NCBI GenBank assembly: GCA_036918135.1
Contig: JBALDB010000001.1
Location: 96,001 to 160,000, forward strand
From: Nostoc sp.
GTDB taxonomy: Bacteria; Cyanobacteriota; Cyanobacteriia; Cyanobacteriales; Nostocaceae
DNA length: 64,000 nucleotides
Direction of reading: 5' to 3'
The notes under the pieces are model-generated. The model searched no databases and was not told the origin of the DNA. It saw only the letters and a list, made by a program, of their open reading frames with translations. The position numbers and the translations under genes were made by a program. Position 1 is the stretch's first letter. Each line of letters opens with the position of its first letter. Positions 37,976 to 49,867 of this stretch are shown piece by piece.

Positions 37976-40324
37976 ATGGCAAACCGCTCGCGCAAGTTGA
38001 CGCCAAAAACTTCTAAACTAAATCAACCTCGTACTAGTGCGGCCAAACGCCTCGTTAAAAAACCGCCTCAAAATCCAAAACGGGGAAGTTGGTTGTCGTC
38101 AATGCTAGCGATCGCAATTCTCTTGAGTAGTACTAGTTTAGTTATAGCTTTTGCCTGGATCAGTATTCTCTTCATCTTCAATCCAGACCAAGTAAGCTGG
38201 CTAAATAAAATTTTACCTACATGGGCACAAATTCCCCTCGGTAACCACGAACGCCCCCAAACCCTCAAACAAATTGAACTTGATTTAAGTAAAAAAAAGC
38301 TTATAGTCGAGCAAATTCTGCCTTTGTATCAGGGTACGAAAAACTCGTTTTTTATGCCAGTTTTTCAGCGGCGTGCTAATTGTGAATTTGATTGTCAAAA
38401 ACTTGTTGAAATTAGGGTTTATCAACGCTCACAAGAGTTAGAGTTTAAGTCTGAGCCAGAAGATTACTATTATTTAGAAACTCAATTATCAATAACTGGG
38501 CTAGAAGAATCCTTTGTAATTTCTAACTTGGTTGATGCAGCATTAGAACCCCAGGATATCAGTATTCCCCTACCTTTAACTGAAGTACAACGGTTTGACG
38601 ACAAGACGCCATCACCAGGGGTTTGGTTTAATTTACGGGGAGAACGCCAACAAGGAACTAGTGCCATCGCTTACGGTCAGATCGTATACTACAATCCAGA
38701 ACGCAGCAATTTACAACAGATGTTGGCTTGGGCAAGTCCTAGCGGTCAATTACCCAAATGGCAGCAAGTGACTGGCGATCCTACAAAAGAGTTAGTTGTC
38801 GATCGAACTGTAGGTTTGGAACCACACTTGCAGGTTTACCAAGTCAAGCCTCTGAGGTTATTCCTTAAACCAATTCAGTTAGAGGCAATTAGCCTCGAAT
38901 CACCAGTCCTCAAAGATTCTGGATACCAAAATGCGTTGTCAATTGCCCGTAGCGGATTGTGGACGCCAGCTTTTGAATGGTTGAAATTTATCAAAAAACA
39001 GCGTAAAGGATTACCAGAGGCGGCGCAAGCCCAAATGGATCTCATTCGCTTGCACTCCCAACTGACTAAATCCCAAGCTGAGAAAAGTTGGGCAAGTCCT
39101 AGCGAACAAGTACTGGCAGATTTAATTGATGGGCGCTGGGAGAAAGCTTTACAGGTGTTTGAAGGGTCGGCACATAATGTCCAAGAAATTACTACCCTGC
39201 TAAAAGCTGATGAAAAACGCTTGTGGAATCGGACAGTAGCAGCGTTGCGAGTGAATCCAAATAGACCAGAGGTGCAAGCTTGGTTTGCCTTGATTTTAGC
39301 AGTTCAACAGGGGCAAGAAGCTGCTGATTCATGGTTGAAGGCGCAACCACAAATTCCTAAAGATAGTCTTGCTTATATTCAAGGTCTGTTAACCAAACTC
39401 AATGGTGAGGCTACCAAGTCGCAATCTCACCTTAGTCAGATTGTTGGTACAGTGCAACCAATCGCTCAAGTTACTAATAGCGAATGGCTACAACCAAATT
39501 CTCCAGCAGACTTGAAACTTACAGATAACGAAGTTTGGTATCAGATACAAGTGAGTGCATTTTCTGACGGGAAACGCTGGCTAAATTTCCCTTTTGAGAA
39601 TTTGAACCCACCCAAAACTTCCGCCGCAAAATTTTTCTGGGAAACTTTGGGAATTAATTCTGACCCCCAAATGCAGATAGTGGTTTGGCTACCAAACGGA
39701 CAACAGCAAATTACTATAGCTACTATCAAAGCGGTGCAACTACGGGATAAAGTCTTGCGCCTACTAGTTGCTGCACCAAAAATTCTAGAGAATCAAAACA
39801 ATGTTCTCCAACCCAAACCCTTAGCCCTGACAAATTCAGCACTGGAATGGGTGCAACCATCTCCCATTACTCTTCGAGAACTATATGCACAAAATCCGTC
39901 AGCGGTCAAGGTAATAGTATCAAATGTGTGGGAATCTTTACAGAAGTCTGGCGAGGTTCCGCCTGCTGCTATTCCTAGCTTTGAACAAATGCAAGAAAAG
40001 TCAGGTGATTGGCCTGTTCAAGCTATTGATTTAACAAACAACGGTAAGCCGGAGATAGTACTGACAATTTCAGGAACAACGATCGCATCCTTGAATCAGC
40101 CCCAAGCTGGAATTGCCAAGAAAAACACAAATCAATCTCCTGACCGCACTATCATTTTGTCCGATGGCAATGAAGTGATTTACACAGATTTTCAAAAAAA
40201 TTCCTCTCAAAGATTATCTGCGATCGCCAAGCTTTCAGGCGTGCCATCCTTAGCTTTACTAGTAGAAAATGCTGATAAATATAGCCTCAAGCGCTGGTCA
40301 GAGAAAAATCAGCGCTTTGAATAG
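37976..40324 (+). CDS. Hypothetical membrane-anchored protein
   Basis: 782-aa ORF with a basic N-terminus, one hydrophobic segment and a large soluble region. Confidence 0.8.
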   Translation: MANRSRKLTPKTSKLNQPRTSAAKRLVKKPPQNPKRGSWLSSMLAIAILLSSTSLVIAFAWISILFIFNPDQVSWLNKILPTWAQIPLGNHERPQTLKQIELDLSKKKLIVEQILPLYQGTKNSFFMPVFQRRANCEFDCQKLVEIRVYQRSQELEFKSEPEDYYYLETQLSITGLEESFVISNLVDAALEPQDISIPLPLTEVQRFDDKTPSPGVWFNLRGERQQGTSAIAYGQIVYYNPERSNLQQMLAWASPSGQLPKWQQVTGDPTKELVVDRTVGLEPHLQVYQVKPLRLFLKPIQLEAISLESPVLKDSGYQNALSIARSGLWTPAFEWLKFIKKQRKGLPEAAQAQMDLIRLHSQLTKSQAEKSWASPSEQVLADLIDGRWEKALQVFEGSAHNVQEITTLLKADEKRLWNRTVAALRVNPNRPEVQAWFALILAVQQGQEAADSWLKAQPQIPKDSLAYIQGLLTKLNGEATKSQSHLSQIVGTVQPIAQVTNSEWLQPNSPADLKLTDNEVWYQIQVSAFSDGKRWLNFPFENLNPPKTSAAKFFWETLGINSDPQMQIVVWLPNGQQQITIATIKAVQLRDKVLRLLVAAPKILENQNNVLQPKPLALTNSALEWVQPSPITLRELYAQNPSAVKVIVSNVWESLQKSGEVPPAAIPSFEQMQEKSGDWPVQAIDLTNNGKPEIVLTISGTTIASLNQPQAGIAKKNTNQSPDRTIILSDGNEVIYTDFQKNSSQRLSAIAKLSGVPSLALLVENADKYSLKRWSEKNQRFE

Positions 40325-40405
40325 CACGCACTTACTAAAATTTAGCCCAAAGGCTTGCTGGCGTTGGCGTAGCCCGTCGTAGACATCGCCATCTAAAATC
40401 CTAAC

Positions 40406-40597
40406 TTATTCTTTTTCGCCAGTTGCAGCTAAACGTTGGTGGTTCAGGTTTTCCAACTGTTGCAAGAGTGAGTCTACCTCTGCTTGTAAATGCATAAATT
40501 TAGCTTGCTGATCGTCTTGATAATAAGACTTGGTTAACTTACTAACTAAGCTAGTTTGGGACTCGCGATCGGAAACACTGGATAAACAAGTAGGCAT
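40406..40597 (-). CDS. Small coiled-coil hypothetical protein
   Basis: 63 aa with heptad pattern LQAEVDSLLQQLENL; occupies otherwise empty space. Confidence 0.6.
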   Translation of the reverse strand: MPTCLSSVSDRESQTSLVSKLTKSYYQDDQQAKFMHLQAEVDSLLQQLENLNHQRLAATGEKE

Positions 40598-41176
40598 CTT
40601 TAATTAAATCCGCTTTCTTAAACTCACACCATTAGAAATATTATAATAAGCCTATTTTAAGATTTATTAAAATATTATGAATTTTAAATCATATAGTCTA
40701 ATAGGTTTGAGGTTCTATAATAACAGACGGTGATGGTAATGGCTGTGTTCCAACACAAGAGGTAGAGGGGCAGAGGTCTATCGCAACCCCTAGGGCTCTA
40801 AGCAGGGCTTCAGGTGCAGAAGGCAATAATTAATTAATTGATGCCTAATGACAAACTCTCCACTCGTTATGATAGACTTACATCCTAATTGACACTCCCC
40901 GGTGTAGCAACAAAACAAAACTTCACTTAGGTGTAAACGCCTTAAACCATTTTCATACCTACCGTAAACGCACAAGGTTTTCAAAGAGTATTCTTATAAA
41001 ATAAAAATGGCAAGTGGGACGCCTTGCACCACAAAAAATAATATTCTGAATAATATGTTGGAATTAAAGGGCTGAGAACTTGGAAGTGGATATTGGAAAC
41101 TGCAAAATAACCAATTTCCTAGTCCCTAGTCGCTAGTCCCTAATCCCTAATCCGTAATTAAAGAATTTTAAATCCT

Positions 41177-42268
41177 GTGACTTTGAGCCTGTCTGCTGCT
41201 AAATCTCATCGCCAACCTTGGCCCGGACTGATAGAAGCCTATCGCCAATACTTGCCTGTCAGCGAAACAACCCCGGTTGTCACTCTGTTGGAGGGTAATA
41301 CACCCCTAATACCAGTGCCAGCGATCGCAGAACGTATTGGCAGACAAGTACGTGTATTTGTCAAATACGACGGTCTTAATCCCACTGGCAGTTTCAAAGA
41401 CCGAGGGATGACTATGGCAATTTCCAAGGCGAAGGAAGCAGGGGCAAAAGCAGTTATTTGTGCCAGCACTGGCAACACCTCTGCTGCCGCCGCCGCTTAT
41501 GCTACGCGTGGCGGGATGAGTGCTTTTGTGCTGATTCCCGATGGCTATGTAGCATTAGGTAAGTTAGCCCAAGCTTTAGTCTACGGGGCAGAAGTATTAG
41601 CAATTAAAGGAAATTTTGACCAAGCTTTAGAAATTGTCCGCGAGATGGCCGAAAGCTATCCTGTGACTTTGGTGAATTCGGTTAATCCCTATCGCTTGGA
41701 AGGACAAAAAACAGCAGCCTTTGAAATCGTCGATGTGCTAGGTGATGCCCCAGATTGGCTATGCATTCCGGTGGGAAATGCGGGGAATATCACAGCATAT
41801 TGGATGGGATTTTGTCAATATCATCAAGCGGGAAAATGCGATCGCCTACCCAAGATGATGGGATTCCAAGCCGCAGGTGCAGCCCCTTTAGTACACGGCC
41901 AGCCAGTGGCGCATCCGGAAACCATCGCCACAGCAATTCGCATTGGTAACCCTGCTAGTTGGGAATTGGCGATCGCTGCCCAATCTGCCAGTCAGGGAAG
42001 TTTCCACGCCGTTACCGATGCAGAGATTTTGGACGCTTATCGACTTTTGGCAGCATCAGAAGGCGTCTTCTGCGAACCTGCTAGCGCGGCTTCTGTAGCT
42101 GGCTTGCTACAGGTGAAAGACCAAATTCCCACGGGAGCAACAGTGGTCTGCGTCCTCACAGGCAATGGTTTAAAAGACCCAGATACAGCCATTAAGCACA
42201 ATCAAAGTCAATTTAAACAGGGTATTGCAGCAGAACTCAAAGCAGTAGCCGAGGCAATGGGATTTTAG
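41177..42268 (+). CDS. thrC: Threonine synthase (short type)
   Basis: [34 protein letters not shown] and LTGNGLKDP. Confidence 0.93.
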   Translation: MTLSLSAAKSHRQPWPGLIEAYRQYLPVSETTPVVTLLEGNTPLIPVPAIAERIGRQVRVFVKYDGLNPTGSFKDRGMTMAISKAKEAGAKAVICASTGNTSAAAAAYATRGGMSAFVLIPDGYVALGKLAQALVYGAEVLAIKGNFDQALEIVREMAESYPVTLVNSVNPYRLEGQKTAAFEIVDVLGDAPDWLCIPVGNAGNITAYWMGFCQYHQAGKCDRLPKMMGFQAAGAAPLVHGQPVAHPETIATAIRIGNPASWELAIAAQSASQGSFHAVTDAEILDAYRLLAASEGVFCEPASAASVAGLLQVKDQIPTGATVVCVLTGNGLKDPDTAIKHNQSQFKQGIAAELKAVAEAMGF

Positions 42269-42285
42269 AACTCACCAAACTTCTG

Positions 42286-42389
42286 ATATCATGTCCGCCT
42301 AATCACTTTATTATTAAAATTTCTCTGCGTAAGAGCGTCTTTACGTAAGAGCGTCAGCCTAAATGATAAGTCTTTAAAGGACATGATAT
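42286..42389. mobile_element. MITE-like element with 11-bp perfect terminal inverted repeats
   Basis: ATATCATGTCC ... GGACATGATAT; termini resemble those at 7723..7903. Confidence 0.6.
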
Positions 42390-42404
42390 GAGAGCTAATC
42401 GCGA

Positions 42405-44174
42405 TTAGACAACCGCAAAGTTGTTTTTGGTTAGTGACACCCCAGCAGATAGTTGTGCAATTTGTACTTGAGTAAATGCACTCGCACTACCATCTTGGTC
42501 AAAGTACAGGGCACCTGTAGTATTGTCATAGATAAATCGTTGAGCGATCGTTGTTGCAGATGCTCCTTGGGTAAATTGACTAGCTGAAAGTGAAGGTGTT
42601 GATAAACCGCCACCAAAACCAGCAGCCAATACCTGAATGCGTTCATTAGTGGCGTTGAAGTCATAAAGAATATCAACGCCATCATTGAAACTATTGAAAA
42701 CAAAGGTATCAGTACCATTGCCTCCATAAAGGGTATCATTACCGTTCCCACTTGTGAGGATGTCATTCCCATTGCCACCATCAAGGGTGTTACTCCCTAA
42801 GGCGGCTATGGCAGAGAGAATATCATTGCCATTACCCCCAGACAGTAGGTTATCGCCTTTTGAATAGTCAATACTCAAGGTATCATTACCAGCACCACCA
42901 TTGAGGGTGTTATTGCCAGACATAATATAGTAGTAGCCTTCGTAGTAGTAGCCAGAGCCACTAAGAGAATCATTGCCATCGCCTCCGAAGAGTAGGTTAT
43001 CGCCTGTTGAATAGTCAATATTTAAGGTATCGTCACCACTACCACCATTGAGGGTGTTATTGCCAGAGGCGGCATCGCCTCCGTAGATGAAGTCATAGGA
43101 GCCAGACGCACTAAGAGAATCATTGCCACTACCCCCAGAGAGCAGGTTATCCCCTGTTGAAAAGCTAGCATCCAAGGTATCGTCATCAACACCACCGTTG
43201 AGGGTATTATTGCCTAAGAATATACTGGCGCTGAAACCATAGGGATAGGAGGGATTATTAGAGGCACTAAGAGTATCATTGCCATCGCCCCCAGAGAGTA
43301 ATTTATCGCCTGTTGAATTGTCAACATTTAAGATATCGTCACCAGCACCACCGTTGAGGGTGTTATTGCCTGAGGCGGGATTGGGGTACTCGCCGGAGGC
43401 ACTAATAGTATCATTGCCATCGTCCCCAGAGAGTAAGTTATCGCCTGTTGAATGGTCAACATTCAAGTTATCGTCACTAGCACCACTGTTGAGGGTGTTA
43501 TTCCCACTACCATCACGCAGCAGGTCGTTGCCACTCTTACCGTTGATGTAGTCATTACCGCCCTGACCATTAATTACATCATCTGAGTTGTCAAAGCCGT
43601 TGACATTGTTATTCAGGTCATTAAGGAAGGTAACTGTGTTTTCATTGAAGATAGTGGTTTGGGTGGAATTGGCATTAAAGACATCAAAGCTATCTTGAAT
43701 GCTAGTTTGCCCATCAAACAGAATATTGTCCAAGTCTACACTGGCTCCAGTAGATTTGCGGAGGTTATCCAGGTTTTCCAGGGTAAAGTTTTGCAGGATG
43801 ACTTTGGTATTAGCAACTTCTTCAAAGGCAATCTCTAGATTACTACCGTTCTGAGTAAACAGCAGATTTCGCGCACTTAACCCTGCGCCTTGGAATATCA
43901 GTGTATCCACTTCGGTAATGACTGCTGCTGTCGGGTTTGTTTCTGTACCCACACCACCGAAATCCACGATTGCATCTGTGCCGTCGTCTAAGTTGTAAAC
44001 AAATTTATCTTCACCACCACCACCAGTTAAGGTGTCGTTACCTTGATTACCTGTGATGCGATCGCTCCCTGCCAGACCGTTAATTATGTCTGCTAAGTCA
44101 CTGCCTATTAGCGTATCATTACCATTAGTACCATTGAGAGACGAGAGGTTGAAAACTGCTGTATTTGATGCCAT
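42405..44174 (-). CDS. RTX/hemolysin-type calcium-binding repeat protein
   Basis: Many GGxGxDxL nonapeptides, no N-terminal signal peptide, C-terminal TGALYFDQDG motif. Confidence 0.9.
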   Translation of the reverse strand: MASNTAVFNLSSLNGTNGNDTLIGSDLADIINGLAGSDRITGNQGNDTLTGGGGEDKFVYNLDDGTDAIVDFGGVGTETNPTAAVITEVDTLIFQGAGLSARNLLFTQNGSNLEIAFEEVANTKVILQNFTLENLDNLRKSTGASVDLDNILFDGQTSIQDSFDVFNANSTQTTIFNENTVTFLNDLNNNVNGFDNSDDVINGQGGNDYINGKSGNDLLRDGSGNNTLNSGASDDNLNVDHSTGDNLLSGDDGNDTISASGEYPNPASGNNTLNGGAGDDILNVDNSTGDKLLSGGDGNDTLSASNNPSYPYGFSASIFLGNNTLNGGVDDDTLDASFSTGDNLLSGGSGNDSLSASGSYDFIYGGDAASGNNTLNGGSGDDTLNIDYSTGDNLLFGGDGNDSLSGSGYYYEGYYYIMSGNNTLNGGAGNDTLSIDYSKGDNLLSGGNGNDILSAIAALGSNTLDGGNGNDILTSGNGNDTLYGGNGTDTFVFNSFNDGVDILYDFNATNERIQVLAAGFGGGLSTPSLSASQFTQGASATTIAQRFIYDNTTGALYFDQDGSASAFTQVQIAQLSAGVSLTKNNFAVV

Positions 44175-45161
44175 TGTTGTTGATTCCTCTTTTTGTTTCC
44201 TAATCAGAATAATGAGCTAATGTCATATAGCAGCAGGGCTAGAGCCACTCACTAATAGTAAATATTTTTGCCAAAATAACTATAGCTTTTCCTAAGCAAA
44301 TGAGGTACACCAAAATTTTTTGGACAAGCTTAGTGGCTTTGAAAACGTACCTTACCAGATTGGGAACCGCTATAATGAACAACTATTAGTTTATCCCTCT
44401 TTTTTTGATTCTCATTAAAGAATATTTAAAATCGGTTCAAAGCAAAGATTTTTTTGCTTTAGTGAGTAAGTGAGGCTTGTAAAAAATTCAAATTCAACAT
44501 CTTATTTTTATCTCATCAGAGTTATAAAAGCTGTTTACGGGCATAGTCTGTAATGGAGATCGAGAAATATTTTTAGTTTCTTTAAAGAACGTTATACAGT
44601 TGACTCATATTTACAATTTAAAAATTTATATCGGATTTTAAATCTCGTCCATTTTGAAAAGAAGGAGTAGTACAGCTACAAAAACCCGCTAGTACCAGGT
44701 GGAAGCCAAATGCTCCCACTACTATTAGATAGGAGCATCTTGCTCTCACTATTTTGAAAAAGTTTAATTTTCAAAATAGATATATTTATGTCTAAATAGA
44801 GGTAATTTAATACATTAATAAAAATTAGTTAAATTCTATAACAATCCTAAATTATTTATGAAAAAATCATATTCATGAAGCTTGCTCAAGTCAAATATTT
44901 GACTTCGATTTCAAGTAAAATAATGAATTGATATTGATATAGTGAAATAAACAGGCTTTCGCTCACTGGTTTGTCTTGAAGATGAGTTAGTCTAAGGGAC
45001 TTCCAATTTTTTTCTCTGGAGAGAGTGATAATATTTGCCAATCAATATTACGATCGCTGTGCGAACCACCTTGATTTCCATGATGAGAATCTTAGAAGCA
45101 AGTCTCTGAGAAACGAGGTTAATAAATGCTTGAAAGCAGGTATAGCAAAGTGCCCAATTAG

Positions 45162-45647
45162 TTATTTTACCTGGTCTCCCCCTGCTCTGGCTGCTCGCTC
45201 CTGTGTCAAACTATCAATAGCATCACCCAAGGCAGTAGTCAGACTTTTGCGAGTTTGAGCGTGGTTTTCCTGCTCAGTTTTCAAGGCTTGCAAGAGGCGA
45301 TCGCGTTCTTTGATTGCAGCAATCAGTTTAGATTGTAATTCCTCCACAGATTGTGACTGTTCTATTTCTTGTTGGATAGCTGTGACTGGTGTATCAGCGA
45401 GTGTTCCTGTCTCCAAGCCTTGGAATTTATGTAAATCTGCCTTCAAAGATGCGATCGCCTGTTGGGACAATTGGGCATCTGTGCGTCGTTGTTCTGCTTC
45501 TGTGTTGTAAAGCTGACGCCATTTTTGGGCACTTTCCCAAGCAGCATCGCGATCGTGTTGAAGTTCCGCCATCTGCTGTTTGAGTGTCTGAATTTCTGTC
45601 AACCACTGCTGTGTTAAAGCTGTCCCTTGATTAGCATTTTCAACCAT
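45162..45647 (-). CDS. Coiled-coil hypothetical protein
   Basis: 161 aa, Q/E/A-rich heptads. Confidence 0.78.
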   Translation of the reverse strand: MVENANQGTALTQQWLTEIQTLKQQMAELQHDRDAAWESAQKWRQLYNTEAEQRRTDAQLSQQAIASLKADLHKFQGLETGTLADTPVTAIQQEIEQSQSVEELQSKLIAAIKERDRLLQALKTEQENHAQTRKSLTTALGDAIDSLTQERAARAGGDQVK

Positions 45648-45650
45648 ATA

Positions 45651-45702
45651 ACTGTTAACTGATAACTGTTGACTGTTGACTGTTAACCGTCAACCGTCAA
45701 CA
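45651..45702. repeat. Heptamer repeats (ACTGTTR) with inverted counterpart (CCGTCAA)
   Basis: Seen directly between the divergent genes. Confidence 0.7.
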
Positions 45703-45786
45703 GCTTAACTGAAAATTATTGTAACCAGAAGCACTATCAACCGGATTGTGTCATAATTCGATTTTATAATTTTCAAGTCTCTATTT

Positions 45787-47142
45787 ATGCCTTGTTCTGC
45801 CACCCTTGCTCAACTGGTCGAAGTTCTTTTGGCTCGTCCTGTAAACTTAGATGATACTGGTTTAACACAAGTCAGTAACGGTATACAAACAGATACGCGT
45901 ATCCTGAAACTGGGTGAAGTGTTTGTGGCTTTACGAGGCGATAAGTTTGATGGACATGAATTTGTACCAGCAGCGATCGCTAAGGGTGCAATAGCTGCAA
46001 TTGTAGATATGGAATACAAAAATCCTGGATTTCCTGTATTGCAGGTATCAGATACCCTCAAGGCGTATCAGAAAATTGGCAGATGGTGGCGCGATCGCTT
46101 TGAGATTCCTGTAATTGGGGTTACAGGTTCTGTAGGCAAAACTACTACTAAAGAATTAATTGCGGCAGTTTTAGGAACAAAAGGAGCAGTTCACAAAACT
46201 CATGGCAATTACAATAACGAAATCGGTGTCCCAAAAACTCTCCTAGAACTGGGTACAGAACATGACTACGCCGTGATTGAAATGGCGATGCGCGGTAGGG
46301 GACAAATTGCCGAACTCACACAAATAGCGCGTCCTAATATTGGAGTGATTACCAATGTGGGGACGGCACATATTGAGTTATTGGGTTCCGAAGAAGCAAT
46401 TGCCGAGGCCAAATGTGAGTTATTAGCCGAAATGCCTGCTGATGGTGTAGCAATTCTCAATTACGACAATCCTCTATTAATGACCACGGCAGCGAAATTT
46501 TGGACAGGAGAAGTCATAACTTACGGCTTTTCCGGTGGGGATATTCCAGGACTATTAATTAATAACGAAACTGTAGAAGTTGCAGGAATCCAACTGCCTT
46601 TACCCTTACTTGGTCGTCACAATGCGACTAATTTCTTAGCGGCTTTAGCGGTGGCAAAAGTTTTGGGAATTGACTGGGCAAGTTTGAAAGCAGGCGTGGT
46701 GGTGGATATGCCGACAGGCCGATCGCAGCGGTTTAGTTTGCCCAACGATGTAGTAATCTTAGATGAGACATATAATGCTGCACCAGAAGCGATGTTAGCA
46801 GCATTGCAATTATTGGCGGACACACCAGGAAAGCGAAAAATTGCCGTCTTGGGTGCAATGAAAGAATTAGGAGAGCGCTCCCCACAGTTGCACCAACGAG
46901 TAGGAGAAACAGTCCAAAAGTTGAATTTAGACGGCTTGTTGGTGTTGGTAGATGGAGAAGATGCCGAAGCGATCGCCAAAAGTGCCGAAGGTATTCCATC
47001 AGAGTGCTTTGCAACTCATGGGGAATTGGTGGCGAGATTGAAGACATTTGTACAAGCAGGCGATCGTTTACTGTTCAAAGCCGCACATTCAGTGGGACTA
47101 GATCGGGTTGTTAATCAGTTACGTGCAGAATATCTCAAATGA
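45787..47142 (+). CDS. murF: UDP-N-acetylmuramoyl-tripeptide--D-Ala-D-Ala ligase
   Basis: TDTR, FDGH, TGSVGKTTTKE, NNEIGVP, DETYNA and LGAMKELG. Confidence 0.95.
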   Translation: MPCSATLAQLVEVLLARPVNLDDTGLTQVSNGIQTDTRILKLGEVFVALRGDKFDGHEFVPAAIAKGAIAAIVDMEYKNPGFPVLQVSDTLKAYQKIGRWWRDRFEIPVIGVTGSVGKTTTKELIAAVLGTKGAVHKTHGNYNNEIGVPKTLLELGTEHDYAVIEMAMRGRGQIAELTQIARPNIGVITNVGTAHIELLGSEEAIAEAKCELLAEMPADGVAILNYDNPLLMTTAAKFWTGEVITYGFSGGDIPGLLINNETVEVAGIQLPLPLLGRHNATNFLAALAVAKVLGIDWASLKAGVVVDMPTGRSQRFSLPNDVVILDETYNAAPEAMLAALQLLADTPGKRKIAVLGAMKELGERSPQLHQRVGETVQKLNLDGLLVLVDGEDAEAIAKSAEGIPSECFATHGELVARLKTFVQAGDRLLFKAAHSVGLDRVVNQLRAEYLK

Positions 47143-48004
47143 TACTCCTATAAATCCAACGTCTAATACGCTGGCGATCGTCAAGTTGTACGTTATTTGA
47201 CTTTTGGCCCTAATAACGAAGAAGATATAGCGATCGTCAGATAAGTTAGGACACTAAGTATTTTAACCATAGGTCAATAGTGTTTCAACTTACCTCGACT
47301 AAGCATAGATATAGTTATAATTTGGGGAAAACACAGTTACTGAGTAAAAATTAATTTAAGCATACCAATAAATATAAATGTAGGTTTAAGTAAATTTATT
47401 TTTAGAAAAAACTCTCCTGTAACAATTTATTCGCTTCATCAATCGAGTATTTTTACAAGTAAAAGTTATAAATCTTATCAGAATTGACCTAAATTGAGAC
47501 TTTTCTAACTTAATAAAAATTAACAATATTTTTACTCTTTATCTGAAAAGGCATTAATAATATTAATAATTTTTGTTTTACGTATACTTCAACTGTAATT
47601 ACGTAATATTACTGATTTACAACCGCATATTTACGGGGATGATAGTTGAGTGTTGTTTTCAAAGACATTACTTACAGAGTTTGTAAAAAAAAGACAAAAT
47701 TTATCTACGAATTCCAAAATTGACTGCTAGAACAGTCTTGATTCTAACAAGATACATTTGCCCTCCTAATTTAGTTGAATTAGAATTAGCATCCGAGTAT
47801 GTTAGTAAACTTTATGACAAGTATATACTCAGGACTTTTCTTGAATAAATTGCTGGTAGCCCTAGAAGAAGTCTGTTAGTGTTCGCTCCCTCAGATTGGC
47901 GATCGAGTTTTGAATAACGATATTGCTCAAGCAAGACTCCTCTGATTATCTGGAGATATTGCTATACAGATTCATGTCAAAGAGTAACCTTTAAGGAGTA
48001 ACCG

Positions 48005-49867
48005 ATGAGTCTAAGTCAAACAATTGTAAATGTCGATTCTGAGACTGTCTCTAAAACTTTGTATGATGTCGTCATCGTAGGAACGGGGGTAGCTGGAGCG
48101 ATTGTTGCCAAAGAATTGAGTCAACAGGGCAAGAGAGTTTTAATCCTTGAAGCTACGGTAGAAAAGGATTTAACCCTTACAGGCTTTCAAAATTACGTCG
48201 ATACTTTCTACAAAGCGGTGGAGAAAAATCCCAACTCACCGTATCCCGCTAACCCCAATGTTCAAAGCCCCACTGATTACCAAGACTATTTTATAGAGCA
48301 AGGCCCCATGCCCCTTTCGGGTTCCTACACACGGGTTGTAGGTGGGACAACGATGCACTGGGAAGCAAAAACCCCACGGATGTTACCTGAAGATTTCAAG
48401 TTATTGAGTAACTACGGCCAAGGTCTTGATTGGCCGATTGAGTATAAGGATCTTGAGCCGTACTACCGCAAAGCCGAGTATGAACTAGGGGTTTGTGGGG
48501 ACGTAGAGGAGCAAAAAAAACTAGGCGTCGAATTTCCTGATGACTATGTTTTTCCTATGGAAAAGCTTCCCCCCTCTTACTTGGATCGAAAAGTGATTGA
48601 GAAAGTTGATGGGACTACAGTTGAACTCTATGGCAAGACTCATACATTAAGCTTCTCTAGTTTTCCTCAAGCTCGCAATGGAGTACCCAATCCTAAATAC
48701 GATGGTGGTAACCGCTTTGTCCCCGATGGAGTTACCAGTGTCCATCCCGTTCAATATGGGGAACGTTGCCAAGGAAACGCAAACTGTGTTCCTATTTGTC
48801 CGGTTCAAGCTAAATATGATGCTCGCAGAACTTTAGCTAAAGCCTTTGCAACCGGTCGGGTTCATGTACTCTACCAAGCCGTGGCTTATCGGGTAGAATA
48901 TAACCGCGAAAACGGTCACATCAGTGCCATTCACTATAAGCGTTATGACAACCCCAACTCTAGTGAGTACACTACAGGAACCGCTAGGGGAACATTATTT
49001 GTCTTAGCGACTAATGCTGTCGAAAACGCTCGGCTATTGCTCGGTTCTGATTTGCCTAACACCAGCGGAACGATTGGGCGGCATTTAATGGATCACCCTT
49101 TCACCTTAGCTTGGGCTTTGATGCCTGAAGTGACTGGCACTATGCGAGGGCCTCTTGTGACATCAGGAATCGGAACATTTCGTAAAGGCGATTTTCGGAA
49201 AACACAATCTGCCTTCGCGGTAGATATTCACAATGATGGTTGGGGATGGGCAACAGGATCGCCCAAGGGTGAAGTCGAAGATGCAGTTGACAACAAAAAC
49301 AAATATGGTCAAGAACTGCGTCAGACATTGATTAGTCGGATTTCACGACAACTGCTGCTAGCTTTTATGTGTGAATTACTCCCCGAATACGGCAACCGAG
49401 TAACCATCGATCCCAGGTACAAAGATAAACTGGGTAATTATCGTCCCGTCATTAACTTCAATCTACCCGACTACAGTCGCAGAACCCTTGCCTACACCAG
49501 AAAAGTCTCTCGTGTAATCTTCGAGCGTTTAGGAGCAGAAGATTTTACTCACTACGATCCTAAAGACCCCGCCTATTTTGAATTTGAGGGTGAAGGTTAC
49601 GTATACAAAGGTGGAAACCACTTTTCGGGAACTCATATCATGGGAACCACGCCATCTAATTCAGTTATTGATAGTCATCTGCGTTGTTGGGATCATCAAA
49701 ATCTTTTCCTAGTCGGTGCAGGAAGTATGCCAACTATTGGCAGTTCAAATACAACATTGACCATTGCTGCGTTGAGTTTCAGAGCTGCCGAGCAGATGCT
49801 TAAAGAATTAAATTCTTATAATTTGCAAACCGATAATTTGCAAACCAGTAATTTGCAAACTATCTAG
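48005..49867 (+). CDS. GMC-family FAD oxidoreductase (sugar dehydrogenase alpha-subunit-like)
   Basis: GTGVAG FAD motif, VGGTTMHW, Cys cluster CQGNANCVPICP, LMDHP, HIMGT and NTTLT; AAGGAG RBS upstream. Confidence 0.9.
   Translation: MSLSQTIVNVDSETVSKTLYDVVIVGTGVAGAIVAKELSQQGKRVLILEATVEKDLTLTGFQNYVDTFYKAVEKNPNSPYPANPNVQSPTDYQDYFIEQGPMPLSGSYTRVVGGTTMHWEAKTPRMLPEDFKLLSNYGQGLDWPIEYKDLEPYYRKAEYELGVCGDVEEQKKLGVEFPDDYVFPMEKLPPSYLDRKVIEKVDGTTVELYGKTHTLSFSSFPQARNGVPNPKYDGGNRFVPDGVTSVHPVQYGERCQGNANCVPICPVQAKYDARRTLAKAFATGRVHVLYQAVAYRVEYNRENGHISAIHYKRYDNPNSSEYTTGTARGTLFVLATNAVENARLLLGSDLPNTSGTIGRHLMDHPFTLAWALMPEVTGTMRGPLVTSGIGTFRKGDFRKTQSAFAVDIHNDGWGWATGSPKGEVEDAVDNKNKYGQELRQTLISRISRQLLLAFMCELLPEYGNRVTIDPRYKDKLGNYRPVINFNLPDYSRRTLAYTRKVSRVIFERLGAEDFTHYDPKDPAYFEFEGEGYVYKGGNHFSGTHIMGTTPSNSVIDSHLRCWDHQNLFLVGAGSMPTIGSSNTTLTIAALSFRAAEQMLKELNSYNLQTDNLQTSNLQTI

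Noticed and set aside
47143..48004. NtcA site or small gene upstream of the oxidative cluster
   Set aside because: No clean GTA-N8-TAC or credible ORF found by eye in this AT-rich DNA.
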